A program made the translations under genes and the position numbers. DNA of 64,000 bases from an uncultured Acidimicrobiaceae bacterium (lineage in GTDB: Bacteria > Actinomycetota > Acidimicrobiia > Acidimicrobiales > RAAP-2). This document shows, in pieces, positions 51,901 to 61,583 of the stretch; position 1 is the stretch's first letter, and each line of letters begins with the position of its first letter. The notes beneath the pieces were generated by a model, which searched no databases, had not been told where the DNA came from, and was given only the letters and a program-made list of their open reading frames with translations. The stretch is from contig CAWHQP010000003.1 of NCBI GenBank assembly GCA_963831535.1, positions 131,366 through 195,365 on the forward strand. Direction: 5' to 3'.

Positions 51901-53091
51901 TCACGACCGGGTGAGCCTGCGCCGGTAGATGCCTTCGATCTCGCCGCTGGCCCGGGCGACGTCGAACCCGGTGCTGTCGACCATGGCCTGGCGCCCGAGC
52001 CGCTCACGAAGGTCGGGATCCGACGCTCAGCCGCTCGAGGGCATCAGCCAGGGCTCGCGGGTCGCCCGGCGGGACGATCAGCCCGTTGACCCCGTCGGTG
52101 ATCACCTGGGGGACCCCCCTACCGCGGTGGCCACGATGGCTCGCGCCCACGCTGGTGGCCTCCATCAGGGCGACGGGAAGGCCCTCTTGATCGGGAGGCG
52201 AGCACGAAGATGTCGGCCGCGCACAGTCAGGTCGAGTGCGTCCTGGCGATGACCGAGGAAGTGGAACCGGTCGCCCAGGCCGAGTTGGTGATGGCGATCG
52301 GCCAGCTCGTCGGGCCAGGCGACCCCTGGCCGGCGGCGGCGAACCGGACGGGCAGGCGGCGCCGGTCGGCCAGCATGGGCCGCGTCGAGCAGGACGTCGT
52401 AGCCTTTCTCCGAGCGGAGATTGGCCACGGTGACCACCAGCACCTCGTCCTCGGCGATACCGAGCTCGTCCCGGACCTCGGCGCCGGATCTGCGTCACCG
52501 GCCGTGGCCGCCGTGGCCGAGGAGCGGAGAGGTCGACGCCGTGCACCACCACCTGGGCCCGGTGCCTGCAGGGCTGCGAGGAAGGGCGTCGTAGGCGGCC
52601 TGGGACACGGCGATGAGGGCCCGGTCGCGTCCGACGGTGGCCCGGTTGAGCGCCTTGACCAGTACGGCGACCTTGTTCCACAGACTGTGCTCGGTGTAGA
52701 GGGTCACCGGTCGCCGCCTTCGGGGGAGCGTGGCCACCACCAGACGTCCCAGCGCCGCGGTGTAGGGCAGGTGGAAGTGGACGATGTCGAACTGACCCCG
52801 GCCAGGAGGAGCCGGCGGAAGGCGCGACATCCAGCGGAGGTCGAGATTGCGGGTGGCGCCGAGGGCGTGGACCGGGGTGCCCTGCCGGCAGCGCAGAACT
52901 CGGGGACCAGGGCGTCCTCGGCGGCCGAGGATGTACGCCACCTCGTACTCGAAGGAATCGTGGTCGCCGGCGGCGACCAGGTCCACCAGCAGCCGCTCGG
53001 CTCCCCCGTGACCCGAGGCTCTTGATGGCCAGCAGCACCCGGATCCGGGCGGTTCGAACTCGGGTGTGCTGGGCTGCTCTGGTCCCGGCAC
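51901..53091 (-). pseudogene. GT4-family glycosyltransferase; at least 5 frameshifts
   Basis: The pieces run in order. ORF 52004..53179 plus ORF 52495..53091 give IRVLLAIKSLG/HGGAERLLVDLVAAGDHDSFEYEVAYIL. ORF 52495..53091 gives GTPVHALGATRNLDLRWM...FDIVHFHLPYTAALGRLVV...VTLYTEHSLWNKVAVLVKALNRATVGRDRALIAVSQAAYDALP. ORF 52165..52443 gives LVVTVANLRSEKGYDVLLDAA...LGLGDRFHFLGHRQDALDL. The tail of ORF 52004..53179 gives EGLPVALMEATSVGA...VITDGVNGLIVPPGDPRALADALERL. The C-terminus DPDLRERLGRQAMVDSTGFDVARASGEIEGIYRRRLTRS* is in an unlisted frame with its stop at 51901-51903. Confidence 0.65.
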
Positions 53092-53131
53092 GGGGCGATG
53101 TTAGCGGTGGCCGATCGGCCCTGACGTGGCT

Positions 53132-53202
53132 CTCGGAGCGCGCAACGCGCGGTAATCCTTGTCGGAGCGCGCGATGCATCGTGCACGGGTCTCGGAGCGG
53201 GC
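53132..53202. promoter_or_regulatory. Three phased 12-nt direct repeats (C/G)TCGGAGCG(C/G)GC in the divergent GT4 / wzm intergenic region; candidate operator or activator sites
   Basis: The copies are CTCGGAGCGCGC at 53132-53143, GTCGGAGCGCGC at 53161-53172 and CTCGGAGCGGGC at 53191-53202. Each is preceded by T. The spacing is 29 and 30 bp. The last copy lies about 70 nt upstream of ATG 53274. Confidence 0.35.
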
Positions 53203-53273
53203 CCAGGGGGGTAGTGTCGGCCGATGATAGCTGTGGTGGACGTCGAAGTTCGGTGACACGCTGGTGGTGACCG

Positions 53274-54217
53274 ATGTCTCATCCGATCCCCGCGGAGCCC
53301 CGCGACGAGATCATCTACCACCACAAGGTCAGCTACATCGAGTCGATCCGGAACCTGTGGGCCCACCGCGAGATCATCTACACCCTGGCCGAGCGGGACT
53401 TCCGGGCCCAGTACAAGCAGGCCGACCCTCGGGGTGCTCTGGGCCGTCCTCAGCCCGGTGGCCACCCTGGTCATCTTCGTCGTGGTGTTCTCACGGGTGA
53501 AGACGCTTCAGCAGCGAGGGCGTTCCCTACGCCGCTCTACGCCTTCGTGGGCATCCTGTGCTGGAGCTTCTTCGCCGCGGCGCTGGGCACCGGTGGGCAG
53601 CTCGCTTGCTACCAACAAGGCGCTGCTGGCCAAGACCCAGTTCCCCCGGGAGTGCTTCCCGCTGGAGACCATGGGGGTCGAACGCCCTGAACACGGTGAT
53701 CTCGTGGATCCCCCTGGCCATGCTGTTCGTCATCTTCGGGCGGGCCCCGACATCGGCCACCGTGTGGGTCCCGTTGTTCATGGTCATCGAGGTGGTGTTC
53801 GCCGCCGGGATCACCCTGGCCGTGTCCAGCATCATCATCCAGATGCGCGACCTGGTGCAGGTCCTTCCCATCGATCATCTCGCTCGGCCTGTTCGCCACT
53901 CCGGTGATCTGGCCGTTCTCGAAGATCCCGACCCACTACCACCTGTTCGGTGGCCATCACGTCCACAAGCCATCGTCATCGGACACCATGTGGTCCACGC
54001 CCACTAGGTCGGCGGGATCACCGTCAACCTGCAGATGGTCTACGGATTCTTCAATCCGCTGGGCCCGGTCATCGACGATGCCCGGGACACCATGCTGTTG
54101 GGCCAGCACCCCAGCTGGAACCTGGTGGGAATCGCCGCCCTCGGCGCGTCCTCTACCTGGCCTGTCGGCTACCGGATCTTCAAGCGGCTGGAGGTGAACT
54201 TTGCCGACATTGCCTGA
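53274..54217 (+). pseudogene. wzm: ABC-2-type polysaccharide export permease (Wzm/TagG-like); at least 5 frameshifts
   Basis: The pieces run in order. ORF 53274..53690 gives SIRNLWAHREIIYTLAERDFRAQYKQA. ORF 53434..53907 gives LWAVLSPVATLVIFVVVFSRVK...SLATNKALLAKTQFPRECFPLETMGV. ORF 53274 again gives YAFVGILCWSFFAAALGTGG. ORF 53558..54007 gives ALNTVISWIPLAMLFVIFGRAPTSATVWVPLFMVIEVVFAAGITLAVSSIIIQMRDLVQVLP. ORF 53904..54197 gives IWPFSKIPTHYHLF. ORF 54035..54217 gives VYGFFNPLGPVIDDARDTMLLGQHPSWNLVGIAALGA...YRIFKRLEVNFADIA*. Confidence 0.7.
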
Positions 54218-55416
54218 CGGGACCATCGAGGTCGAGCACGTCTGGAAGAAGTTCCGCGCCGACAGGACCGTCCCGAAGTTCTACGACCAGATGAAGCGGA
54301 TTCGGCAAGTCGATCGGGACCGGGGCCCGACACGACTACCGGTGGGTGCTGAAGGACGTCAACGCTCGAGGTGCCGCCGGGGGGGACCCTGGCCCTGATC
54401 GGCATCAACGGCTCGGGCAAGACGACGCTGCTCAAGATCATCAGCCAGGTGACCTACCAGTCCGCCGGACGGTGTGTCGGTCCAGGGGCGGATCGGGGCG
54501 CTGCTCAGCGTGACCAGCGGGATCCATCCGGAACTGACCGGCAGGGAGAACATCTTCCTCTACGGAGCGGTGATGGGCATGGGCCGCCAGACCATCAGGC
54601 AGCGGTTCGACGAGATCGTGGAGTTCGCCGGCCTGGCCGATGCCGTCAACCGGCAGGTCAAGTTCTACTCGATGGGCATGCAGATGCGCCTCGGGTTCTC
54701 GATCGCCGCCTTCCTCGAGCCCGACGTGCTCCTGGTGGACGAGGTCCTCTCGGTGGGCGACGCCAACTTCCAGCAGAAGTGCCTCAAGCGGATCGGGGAG
54801 ATCGTCCGGTCGGGCACCACCCTGCTCTACGTCTCCCACGACCTGGCCTCGGTCGAGGCGTCCTGCGAGAAGGCGGTGTGGCTGGCCGACGCCTGCGTTC
54901 AGGCTCCGGGCCCGACCAGGGAGGTGGTCGGCGAAGTACCGGGCCGCCGTCGAGCAGAATGCGGCGCTGGCGACGTCCACCGAGGGTGTCGTCCAGGTAC
55001 TCAAGGTGGAGATCGAAGCCGCCGACGGTGGTCAGGTGCGCTCGGAGTGCGACCTCGACGTCCGCCTGACGCTCAACTCGCCCGAAGCCGCTCGAGGCCA
55101 ACTTCTTCATCGGCGTGTCCCAGGGCAGCGCCTTCCCGATGTTCATCGTCCGCTACAGCGGTTCGTTCCCCGCCGGCGACTTCGAGGTGAAGTGCCGGCT
55201 CCACCACGTTCCGTTGGCCAAGGGTCGCTACTCACTGTGGCCGGCCATGTCGGGTCATGCCGGAGGTAAGGGGAAGCCCCTGCTTCCCTGGAGGCCGGTG
55301 ATGTCGTTCGACGTGATGGGCCCCGACGTCCTACGACTTGCCCGAGGGGGTCATGGTGATGTCCCCGGTCTACGTGGGCGCCGACTGGGAGGTCAATTGC
55401 TGCAACCCGCCGCTGA
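54201..55416 (+). pseudogene. wzt: ABC transporter ATP-binding protein with a C-terminal extension (Wzt/TagH-like); at least 5 frameshifts; 3' end uncertain
   Basis: The pieces run in order. ORF 54201..54398 gives IEVEHVWKKFRADRT. ORF 54371..55069 gives PPGGTLALIGINGSGKTTLLKII (Walker A). ORF 54474..55190 gives VQGRIGALLSVTSGIHPELTGRENIFLYGAVMGM...VKFYSMGMQMRLGFSIAAFLEPDVLLVDEVLSVGD...TLLYVSHD (signature, Walker B, H-loop). The C-terminal domain follows, starting with KYRAAVEQNAALATSTEGVVQVLKVEIEAADGGQVRSECDLDVRLTLNSPEAA (ORF 54640..55269). It continues with FFIGVSQGSAFPMFIVRYSGSFPAGDFEVKCRLHHVPLAKGRYSLWPAM (ORF 55115..55699) and PEGVMVMSPVYVGADWEV (ORF 55338..55841). The stop was inferred from TGA 55414-55416 in a neighbouring frame. 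Confidence 0.65.
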
Positions 55417-55456
55417 GTCGTGCCGTCAGCGACGGGTACGGGGTGGTGCCGGCCGG

Positions 55457-56296
55457 TCAGGGGAAGAACACCCGTTCGCGAAGCGATCCGATCAGCCGCC
55501 CCGACCGCATGCCCGCGGCGCGGGCCCATTCGGTGCGGCGGTTGCCTGGTCGGGCCAGCCGGGGCGACTGCACGATCAACCAGAGCCACGATTTGGCCGC
55601 CCCGGTCAGATTCCGTCGGGCTCCGGTCGGCCCGGTGCCGGCGGTAGAGCGCCGGGCCGCTCCGACCGTAGGCGGCCGCCTGCCGGAACACCTGAGTAGG
55701 CTCGGGGCGTTCGCGCTTGGACACCACGGCGCCGAAGTCGATGACGAAGCGGAACCCTGGAGTTGGAGCCGCCAGCACAGGTCGATGTCCTCGCCGATCT
55801 TCAACTCCTCGGTGAACCCACCGACCGATTCGAAGGCCTGACGGCGGACGGCGAGATTGGCCCCCAGGCCGGCGGGCAGGAATCCCAGCTGACGCATGGA
55901 TGCCGGCTTGGGGGGCGAAGCCTGGAGACCGTTGAGCGACCAGAAGTCGAAGACGCCGGCGACCACGTCGACTTCATCGAGCGCCTTGGCGCAGCTGGCC
56001 AGCCATCCGGGTCGGACGATGTCATCGGCATCGCAGAAGGCCAGCAGGTCACCGCGTGCCATGCCCACCCCGACGTTGCGGGCCGCCGGTGCACCATGGA
56101 CTGCGGAGGCGTCGATCCAGCGGACGTTGGCGTGCCGCTCCGCCCACTGCTGACCCACCGACGGGCTGGCGTCGGTGGAGCCGTTGTCGGCGATGATCAG
56201 CTCCCACTCTTCGGCGCACTGCTGGTCGGCCAGCGCCTGGAGCTGGGCTTCCAGCCAGGGCATGCCGTTACGTACCGGCACGATGACGCTGATCAC
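55457..56296 (-). pseudogene. GT2-family (GT-A fold) glycosyltransferase; two frameshifts
   Basis: ORF 55457..56296(-) gives MISVIVPVRNGMPWLEAQLQALADQ...LIIADNGSTDAS...APAARNVGVGMARGDLLAFCDADDIV...GANLAVRRQAFESVGGFTEELKIGEDIDLCWRLQLQG. The middle part FRFVIDFGAVVSKRERPEPTQVFRQAAAYGRSGPALYRRH is in ORF 55143..55778(-). The tail returns to the first frame. Breaks are near 55740 and 55610. Confidence 0.75.
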
Positions 56297-56428
56297 CGCG
56301 GGAACCGCCGCGCCGCGGGGAGCCCCGGCTCGAAGCGGCGCACCGATCTCATCGTCCTACCCTCCCGACCGGTCCGACCATGGCGATCCACCTGTACCCC
56401 CGTGCGCCCCTATCCGGTGTGATTCCGA

Positions 56429-56452
56429 GGTTCCACTGGCATACGTGGAACC
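56429..56452. promoter_or_regulatory. Perfect 8-8-8 palindrome GGTTCCAC-TGGCATAC-GTGGAACC in the divergent GT2/GT2 intergenic region; candidate operator
   Basis: Direct reading gives GGTTCCAC at 56429-56436 and its reverse complement GTGGAACC at 56445-56452. It lies 41 nt upstream of ATG 56493 and 133 nt upstream of the start of the minus-strand GT2 gene (56296). Confidence 0.35.
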
Positions 56453-56492
56453 ATGGTGACCCTGCCGATTAGCCTAGCCCCGTGAGGGCGCG

Positions 56493-57502
56493 ATGAGTCC
56501 AGGGCCGGTCGAGAGCGTTGGAGGGGTTCGACCTCACCGGTCACCGCCGGCGCGTGACCGCGGTGGTGCTCACCTACCGGCGACCGCGGTCTGGCCGGCG
56601 ATGTGGTCCGGTCCTTGCTGGAGGTGGAGGGGCTGGCCCCTGATCGGGTCGTCGTCGTGGTCAACGGTGAGGGCGGCCTGGACGATCCGGATGCTCGAAT
56701 CGAAGGTCAGGATGGTTCGGCTGGCCCGAAACACCGGGCCGGCCGGGGGATTCCGGGCCGGCTTGGTCGAGGCGAGTCGCGGATCCGCGGACCGAGTGGG
56801 CCTACCTGTGCGAGGACGACGTCGGGCTGTTCGACCTGCCCGCGCCGCGGCTCGACCGATCTGATGGAGCGTATCGACGCACCGGGCCGGGACCAACGTG
56901 CCGGTGGGTGCGGTGGTGGCCTACGGACGGAAGTTCGTGGGCCGGGGGACCCACACGCTCAACGTCGTTCCCCCCGAGGGGTCTCCCGGTGAACTCACGC
57001 CGGTGGATGTGGCCTGCTGGGGTGCCACGCTGGTGTCCCGGCCGGTGGTCGAGGCCGGGGTGCTGCCCGATCCCGACTGGTTCTTCGGCCTGGAGGACTT
57101 CGACTTCTTCTGCCGGGTCCGCGAGGCGGGATTCGACGTGCTGGTCGACGACGCTCGCTGCCCGCCGGGTGGCGTCCCAGCAGACCAATCGGGGACGGGA
57201 GCAGGCGCATCGGCCGAGCATCGTCCCGACCGACGGGGCGGAGGCCTGGCGGGCCTACTACCACGCCCGCAACTCGTTCGCCCTGGCCCGTCAGCACGGC
57301 CGGCCCAGCTGGTACGCCTGGCACCTGGCCTACTCGGCCCGCCAGCTGCAGACGGCTGCGCAGCCGCGCCGAACGGTCGGCCATCGTCCAGGGCCTGTGG
57401 GACGGGGCCCTGGGTCGGATGGGCGAGAACCGTCGCTACGGCCGGGCGGTGGGGGAGTTCGATCCACCCGCCGAGTCGGCGAGCCCGTCGCCGGCCAAGT
57501 AG
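56493..57502 (+). pseudogene. GT2-like glycosyltransferase (rhamnosyl/galactofuranosyl-transferase-like); at least 4 frameshifts
   Basis: The pieces run in order. An unlisted frame plus ORF 56603..56992 give VTAVVLTYRRPRLAGDVVRSLLEVEGLAPDRVVVVVNGEGGLDDPD. ORF 56493..56864 gives VRMVRLARNTGPAGGFRAGLVEA. An unlisted frame gives EWAYLCEDDVGLFDLP. ORF 56898..58499 gives VGAVVAYGRKFVGRGTHTLNVVPP...VDVACWGATLVSRPVVEAGVLPDPDWFFGLEDFDFFCRVREAGFDVLVDD. ORF 56908..57597 gives AWRAYYHARNSFALARQHGRPSWYAWHLAYSARQLQ. The C-terminus is ...GEFDPPAESASPSPAK* with TAG at 57500-57502. Confidence 0.6.
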
Positions 57503-58292
57503 GCGAAGTTGGGCCACGAGGCCCAGATCGAATTCGGGTAGCCACGCGGCAAGTTCCGCCACGTCGGCCTCGTACAGCTCCACCAGATGTCGAATGACGT
57601 CGGCGGGGAAGGATCTCGCCGTTGACTCGTCGGAATTTCTGGCCTGGCCCGTTGGCGGACAGGCGGCTGATGCGTGCTCAGGCCCAGATGTGCGAAGGTC
57701 AGCTCCAGCTGGTGGGCCTGGTCGATCACGCACCGCTCGTGTTGGAGGATCAGGAACTGGTCCCGGGATCGAAGTAGTCCAGCCAGCCGTCGAGGGCCCG
57801 CTTGTAGAACCCACGCTGCACGGCGTCGGCGATGGCGGTGCCGTCGCGGGGCGTACCCATCGCCGGTCCAGGTGGCCGAGACCCGACCGGAACCGTTCGA
57901 CGGGATCCCTGAGAAGAACAGAGCAGCCGGGTGTTCGGGGCGGCCTGTTGAGGAGCGGGGTACCCAGGGGTAGGCCAGGTAGTCGGGAGTCCATTCGCCG
58001 GTCGTCGAACCGCTCGGCCGGGGGAACCAGCCGAAGTACTGCTCCGATGTCGGATCGGGCCCATCGACCGTGCCCCGAAGCGGTCGAAGAAGTGCCGCTC
58101 CTTGTGGATGTCCGGATGGGATGGCGATCCCGGGTGGGTGAGCATGAGCTCGTACCACCAGGTGGTGCCGGCCTTCTGGGCGCCGATGCCGACGAAGTCG
58201 GGTGGGCCGGACTCCTCGCCCGGGCCGAGGGGAGGGGGGGTGAAGTCGAATCCGACCTCCCAGGGTGCGTACCGACCCATCCGGTGGAGCAC
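57436..58292 (-). pseudogene. Sulfotransferase (no. 2, Sulfotransfer_1-like with a classic PKxGTTW-type PAPS loop); at least 4 frameshifts
   Basis: The pieces run in order. ORF 57750..58292(-) gives PPDFVGIGAQKAGTTWWYELMLTHP...HKERHFFDRFGA. ORF 57436..58413(-) gives EQYFGWFPRPSGSTTGEWTPDYLAYPWVP. ORF 56921..58732(-) gives LLRDPVERFRSGLGHL. ORF 57750 again gives AIADAVQRGFYKRALDGWLDYFDP. ORF 57436 again gives FLILQHERCVIDQAHQLELTFAHLGL. The C-terminus VIRHLVELYEADVAELAAWLPEFDLGLWPNF... spans ORFs 56921 and 57436. The 3' end overlaps the convergent GT2 gene by about 67 nt. Confidence 0.65.
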
Positions 58293-58575
58293 CTGGCGCC
58301 GAAGGCCCGGGGCGGCAGGCGCAAGAAGCCGTCCGAACGCGGTCTCTGGCGGCGGTCATGGCGACGGGCGTGCAGGCACGCCGCAGGTTGCCACAACCGA
58401 TGGACCTCCACAACTAACACCGGCGAGCGGTCTTGGTCGGACCTGTGGACGGCATCGCCCTCCTTGACACCGGTCCGACCACCGCCGATGATCTCGTGAT
58501 GGTCGATCCGGGGGGCTCGGAAGTCCGCAGCCGATGGGCTCCGGTTCGATCCCGTGCGATCGGAGAGGCGCGCCA

Positions 58576-60566
58576 ATGTGCGGCGTGACCGGGCTGTTCG
58601 ACCCGCGAGCGGGCCGATGCTGCGGCGACGCTCCGGCACCAGGTGGAGGCGATGACGGCCACCCTGGTCCATCGCGGGCCCGACGCCGAGGGCTACTGGG
58701 CGGACCCCGACCAGGGCGTGTGCTTCGGCCATCGCCGGCTGTCGGTGGTCGGGCTGGGGCAGGAGGGCGATCAGCCGATGATTCGGCGGACGGCCGATGG
58801 GTGGTCACCTTCAACGGGGAGATCTACAACCATCGCGACCTACGCCAGCGGCTGGCCCAGGAAGGCCTGGCCTTCCGAGGGGGATCGGACACCGAGGTGT
58901 TGGTAGGGGCGATCCAGCGCGTGGGGGCTCGACCGAGGCACTCGATGCCTGCGAAGGGATGTTCGCCCTGGCGCTATGGGACCGACAGCGCTCCGAACTG
59001 CACCTGGTCCGCGACCGCTTCGGCGAGAAGCCTCTGTACTACGGCTGGGTCGGCGAGTCGATGGCGTTCGCCTCCGAGCTGAAGGCCTTACGCACGCTGC
59101 CCCGATTCGACGCCGCCCTGGATCGTGACGCGGTAGCCCTGTACCTCCGGCACAACTGCATTCCCGGCACCTCACACCATCTACCGGCGTACCGCCAAGC
59201 TCCTGCCCGGCCAGATGGTGACCTTCGAGCGCGACCAGCCGGCCGGGCGAACCGCCCTCGTCCCGGAGCCTTCTGGTCGGCCCGAAAGGCGGTCGAGTCG
59301 GCCCGTCGGCGATCCCCTGGCGGGACCGCCCGAGGTATTGGCCGACCAGCTCGAGTCGGCGTTGTCCGATTCCGTGGCCGCCCGCATGGTGGCCGACGTG
59401 CCGGTCGGCGCCTTCCTGTCCGGGTGGGATCGATTCCAGCGTGGTGGTGGCGCTGATGCAGCAGCACAGCGCCCGGCCGGTCCGCACGTTCACGGTGGGG
59501 TTCTCCGACCGGGCATTCGACGAGTCGGCCGAGGCGGCCGCCGTCGCCGCCCATCTCGGCACCGACCATACGCCGCTGTTGCTTACCGACGGCGACGGCG
59601 CTCGAGTCTGATCCCGGCGCTGCCAGACATCTGGGACGAACCCTTCGGCGACGTGTCGGAGATTCCCATGCACCTGGTCAGTCGCGCTGGCCCGCTCAGC
59701 AGGTGACCGTGTCCCTGTCCGGGGACGGGGGCGACGAACTGTTCGCCGGATACAACCGGCATGCTTGGCTCGAACGGCTGTGGCGGCGGGCCTCGGTCCT
59801 CCCCGGGCCCGTCCGGCGCGCCGCCGGCTCGGCCCTGGGCCTCCTCCCTCCGGCCCTGGTCGGGCGATCTGGCCCGGGCCGGAGGGACGGCTCTCGCCGC
59901 GGCTGCACGGTGATCCGGAACCCGGCGTCCAAGGTGGCCAAACTGGGCAAGGTGCTGGCCGCCTGCCGGTCCCGAGGATGCCTACCTGTCGCTGGTCTCC
60001 TACTGGGACGACGCCGAGTCGATGGTGGTAGGTGCCGGCCCGAGTGTCTCGGTGGCATCCCGCCCTTCGGAGTGGCCCGAGCTCGCCGGCATCACCGAGC
60101 AGATGCTGTGGTTGGACCTCGTCGGCTATCTCCCCGATGACATCCTGACCAAGCTGGACCGGGCGTGCCATGGCCACGTCCCTCGAGACGCGGGTGCCGT
60201 TCCTCGACCGGGCGCGTCTTCGAGCTGGCCTGGAGGCTGCCCATGGGCGTGAAGCTCCACGACGGCACCACCAAGTGGCTGCTGCGACAGGTGCTCTACC
60301 GGCATGTGCCGGCCTCGTTGGTGGAGCGGCCGAAAATGGGGTTTGGCTTTCCGATCGGAGCCATGCTGCGAGGACCGCTGCGCGGGTGGGGAGACGAGCT
60401 GCTCGGCGAGGAGAGGCTCCGTCATCAGGGCCTGCTCCGCCCGGAGCCGGTCCGACGGGCCTGGGACCTGCACCTCAGTGGTCGGCGGGACCTGGCCCAC
60501 GAGCTCTGGGCCGTCCTGGCCCTACAGGCCTGGATCGAGCGATGGGTGCCGGATCTCAGCGGGTAG
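58576..60566 (+). pseudogene. Glutamine-hydrolysing asparagine synthase-family amidotransferase (AsnB/WbpS-like); at least 8 frameshifts
   Basis: The pieces run in order. ORF 58534..59082 gives MCGVTGLFDPR (Cys2 nucleophile). ORF 58643..58906 gives MTATLVHRGPDAEGYWADPDQGVCFGHRRLSVVGL..GDQPM. ORF 58534 again gives WVVTFNGEIYNHRDLRQRLAQEGLAFRGGSDTEVL. ORF 58797..59456 gives EALDACEGMFALALWDRQRSELHLVRDRFGEKPLYYGW. ORF 59215..59706 gives [25 protein letters not shown]. An unlisted frame gives the PP-loop remnant G(I)[15 protein letters not shown] 59703..60140 gives VSLSGDGGDELFAGYNRH. ORF 60022..60252 gives EQMLWLDLVGYLPDDILTKLDRA. ORF 60170..61000 gives SLETRVPFLD. ORF 60165..60566 gives KWLLRQVLYRHVPASLVERPKMGFGFPIG...WAVLALQAWIERW. 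Confidence 0.75.
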
Positions 60567-60608
60567 ACGCCACCGAGAGTTCCAGCCCGCTGCGCGGGTC
60601 TGGAGCTG

Positions 60609-61583
60609 TCAGCGCCCCGATTGAGGCGCGGGAACTGACCGTTGCATGCGCAAGCGGGCCCGGTCCCACAACGAGTTCGGTCGGCGTCGTTGCCGTCGGA
60701 GATCCTCCAAGGCTCGACGGAGCGTCAGGACATCCTCGACCCATCCTGGCTCGTCACCCAGATCCGGCGCCGACCAGGGCCGGTGCGTGCCCTGCAGCTG
60801 ATCGAGCGCCTGGAGCACCAGGAGCGGGCTCGCTTCGATACCAGTTGGGTCCCGTGAAACGGCACTGTGGTGTCGGAGGTTGCCGTCGACCGCGGCGGTG
60901 GCGCGTTCGACGGCAGCCGGATCGATCGGTATCCCCACCTCGCCGAGGAAGGCCACCAGCTCCCGCCGCCACGGGACGCTTGACTCCAGTACCCGATTGA
61001 ACGGCACGACCAGGGTGGGGAGACCGGAGAGGTTGGTCGCAGCCGACCGAACGTAGCGCTCCCACAGGGCCAAACCGTGGGTGAGGGGAAACGCGTCCCG
61101 GGCCTTGATCGAGCCGGCCACCTCCAAAGGATCGCGATAGATGAACACTGCGGCATCGGGAGGACGGATCACCGAGCGCCAGAAGGGCAGCAGGAGGCAG
61201 TTTCGAGGATCCTTCCACACGAAGGGATAGGCGGAGAACGCCGCGGTCACCAGAGGCAACGCCTCGACCCGGACATCGTCCAGGGCGCCATCCTTATCCC
61301 ACTGCTCACGCAACACCGGTGGAGCGGCCCAGCTGCCGCCCAGCGACCGGAGGAGTCTGTTGTTGAAGTGGGTGAGCGTGGCACTCTCCTGGTTGCCCCG
61401 TTCGTTCCACTTCGATGCGGGAATCAGGTCCTCGTCCACCGGTCCGTGCAGGCCCAGTTCCGCCAGCAGCCCGGTGAGGGCGGAGGTCCCGCTGCGATGC
61501 ATGCCGATGACGTAGAGGCATCGAGGTCCGGAGGCGTCACCAGACACGGTCTCCTGCTGTCTCGGGATTGGGGAGTGCGTCAC
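60609..61583 (-). CDS. Sulfotransferase family protein (no. 3, Sulfotransfer_3 / Stf0-like); intact
   Basis: ORF 60609..61862(-). I prefer the in-frame GTG 61583 (VTHSPIPRQQETVSGDASGPRCLYVIGMHRSGTSALTGLLAELGL). The upstream 93 codons are Arg/Pro/Ser-rich and run into the divergent neighbour's promoter. GMHRSGTS is the PAPS 5'-phosphosulfate-binding loop. Later motifs are VWKDPRNCLLLPFW and FIYRDPLEVAGS. Confidence 0.8.
   Translation of the reverse strand: MTHSPIPRQQETVSGDASGPRCLYVIGMHRSGTSALTGLLAELGLHGPVDEDLIPASKWNERGNQESATLTHFNNRLLRSLGGSWAAPPVLREQWDKDGALDDVRVEALPLVTAAFSAYPFVWKDPRNCLLLPFWRSVIRPPDAAVFIYRDPLEVAGSIKARDAFPLTHGLALWERYVRSAATNLSGLPTLVVPFNRVLESSVPWRRELVAFLGEVGIPIDPAAVERATAAVDGNLRHHSAVSRDPTGIEASPLLVLQALDQLQGTHRPWSAPDLGDEPGWVEDVLTLRRALEDLRRQRRRPNSLWDRARLRMQRSVPAPQSGR

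Noticed and set aside
56921-58732. 603-aa minus-strand ORF and the 533-aa plus-strand ORF 56898..58499
   Set aside because: Each is a mosaic. Short in-frame pieces of real genes (sulfotransferase no. 2 and the GT2 gene respectively) are joined to long off-frame or antisense junk because frameshifts removed the stops. Neither is a single protein.
47301-60566. Programmed ribosomal frameshifting or phase-variable contingency loci as an explanation for the frame breaks
   Set aside because: There are far too many breaks per gene, up to about 8. They go in both directions. They lack a recurring slippery motif or long simple-sequence tracts; the runs involved are only 2-5 nt. The pattern fits indel errors or recent decay better.
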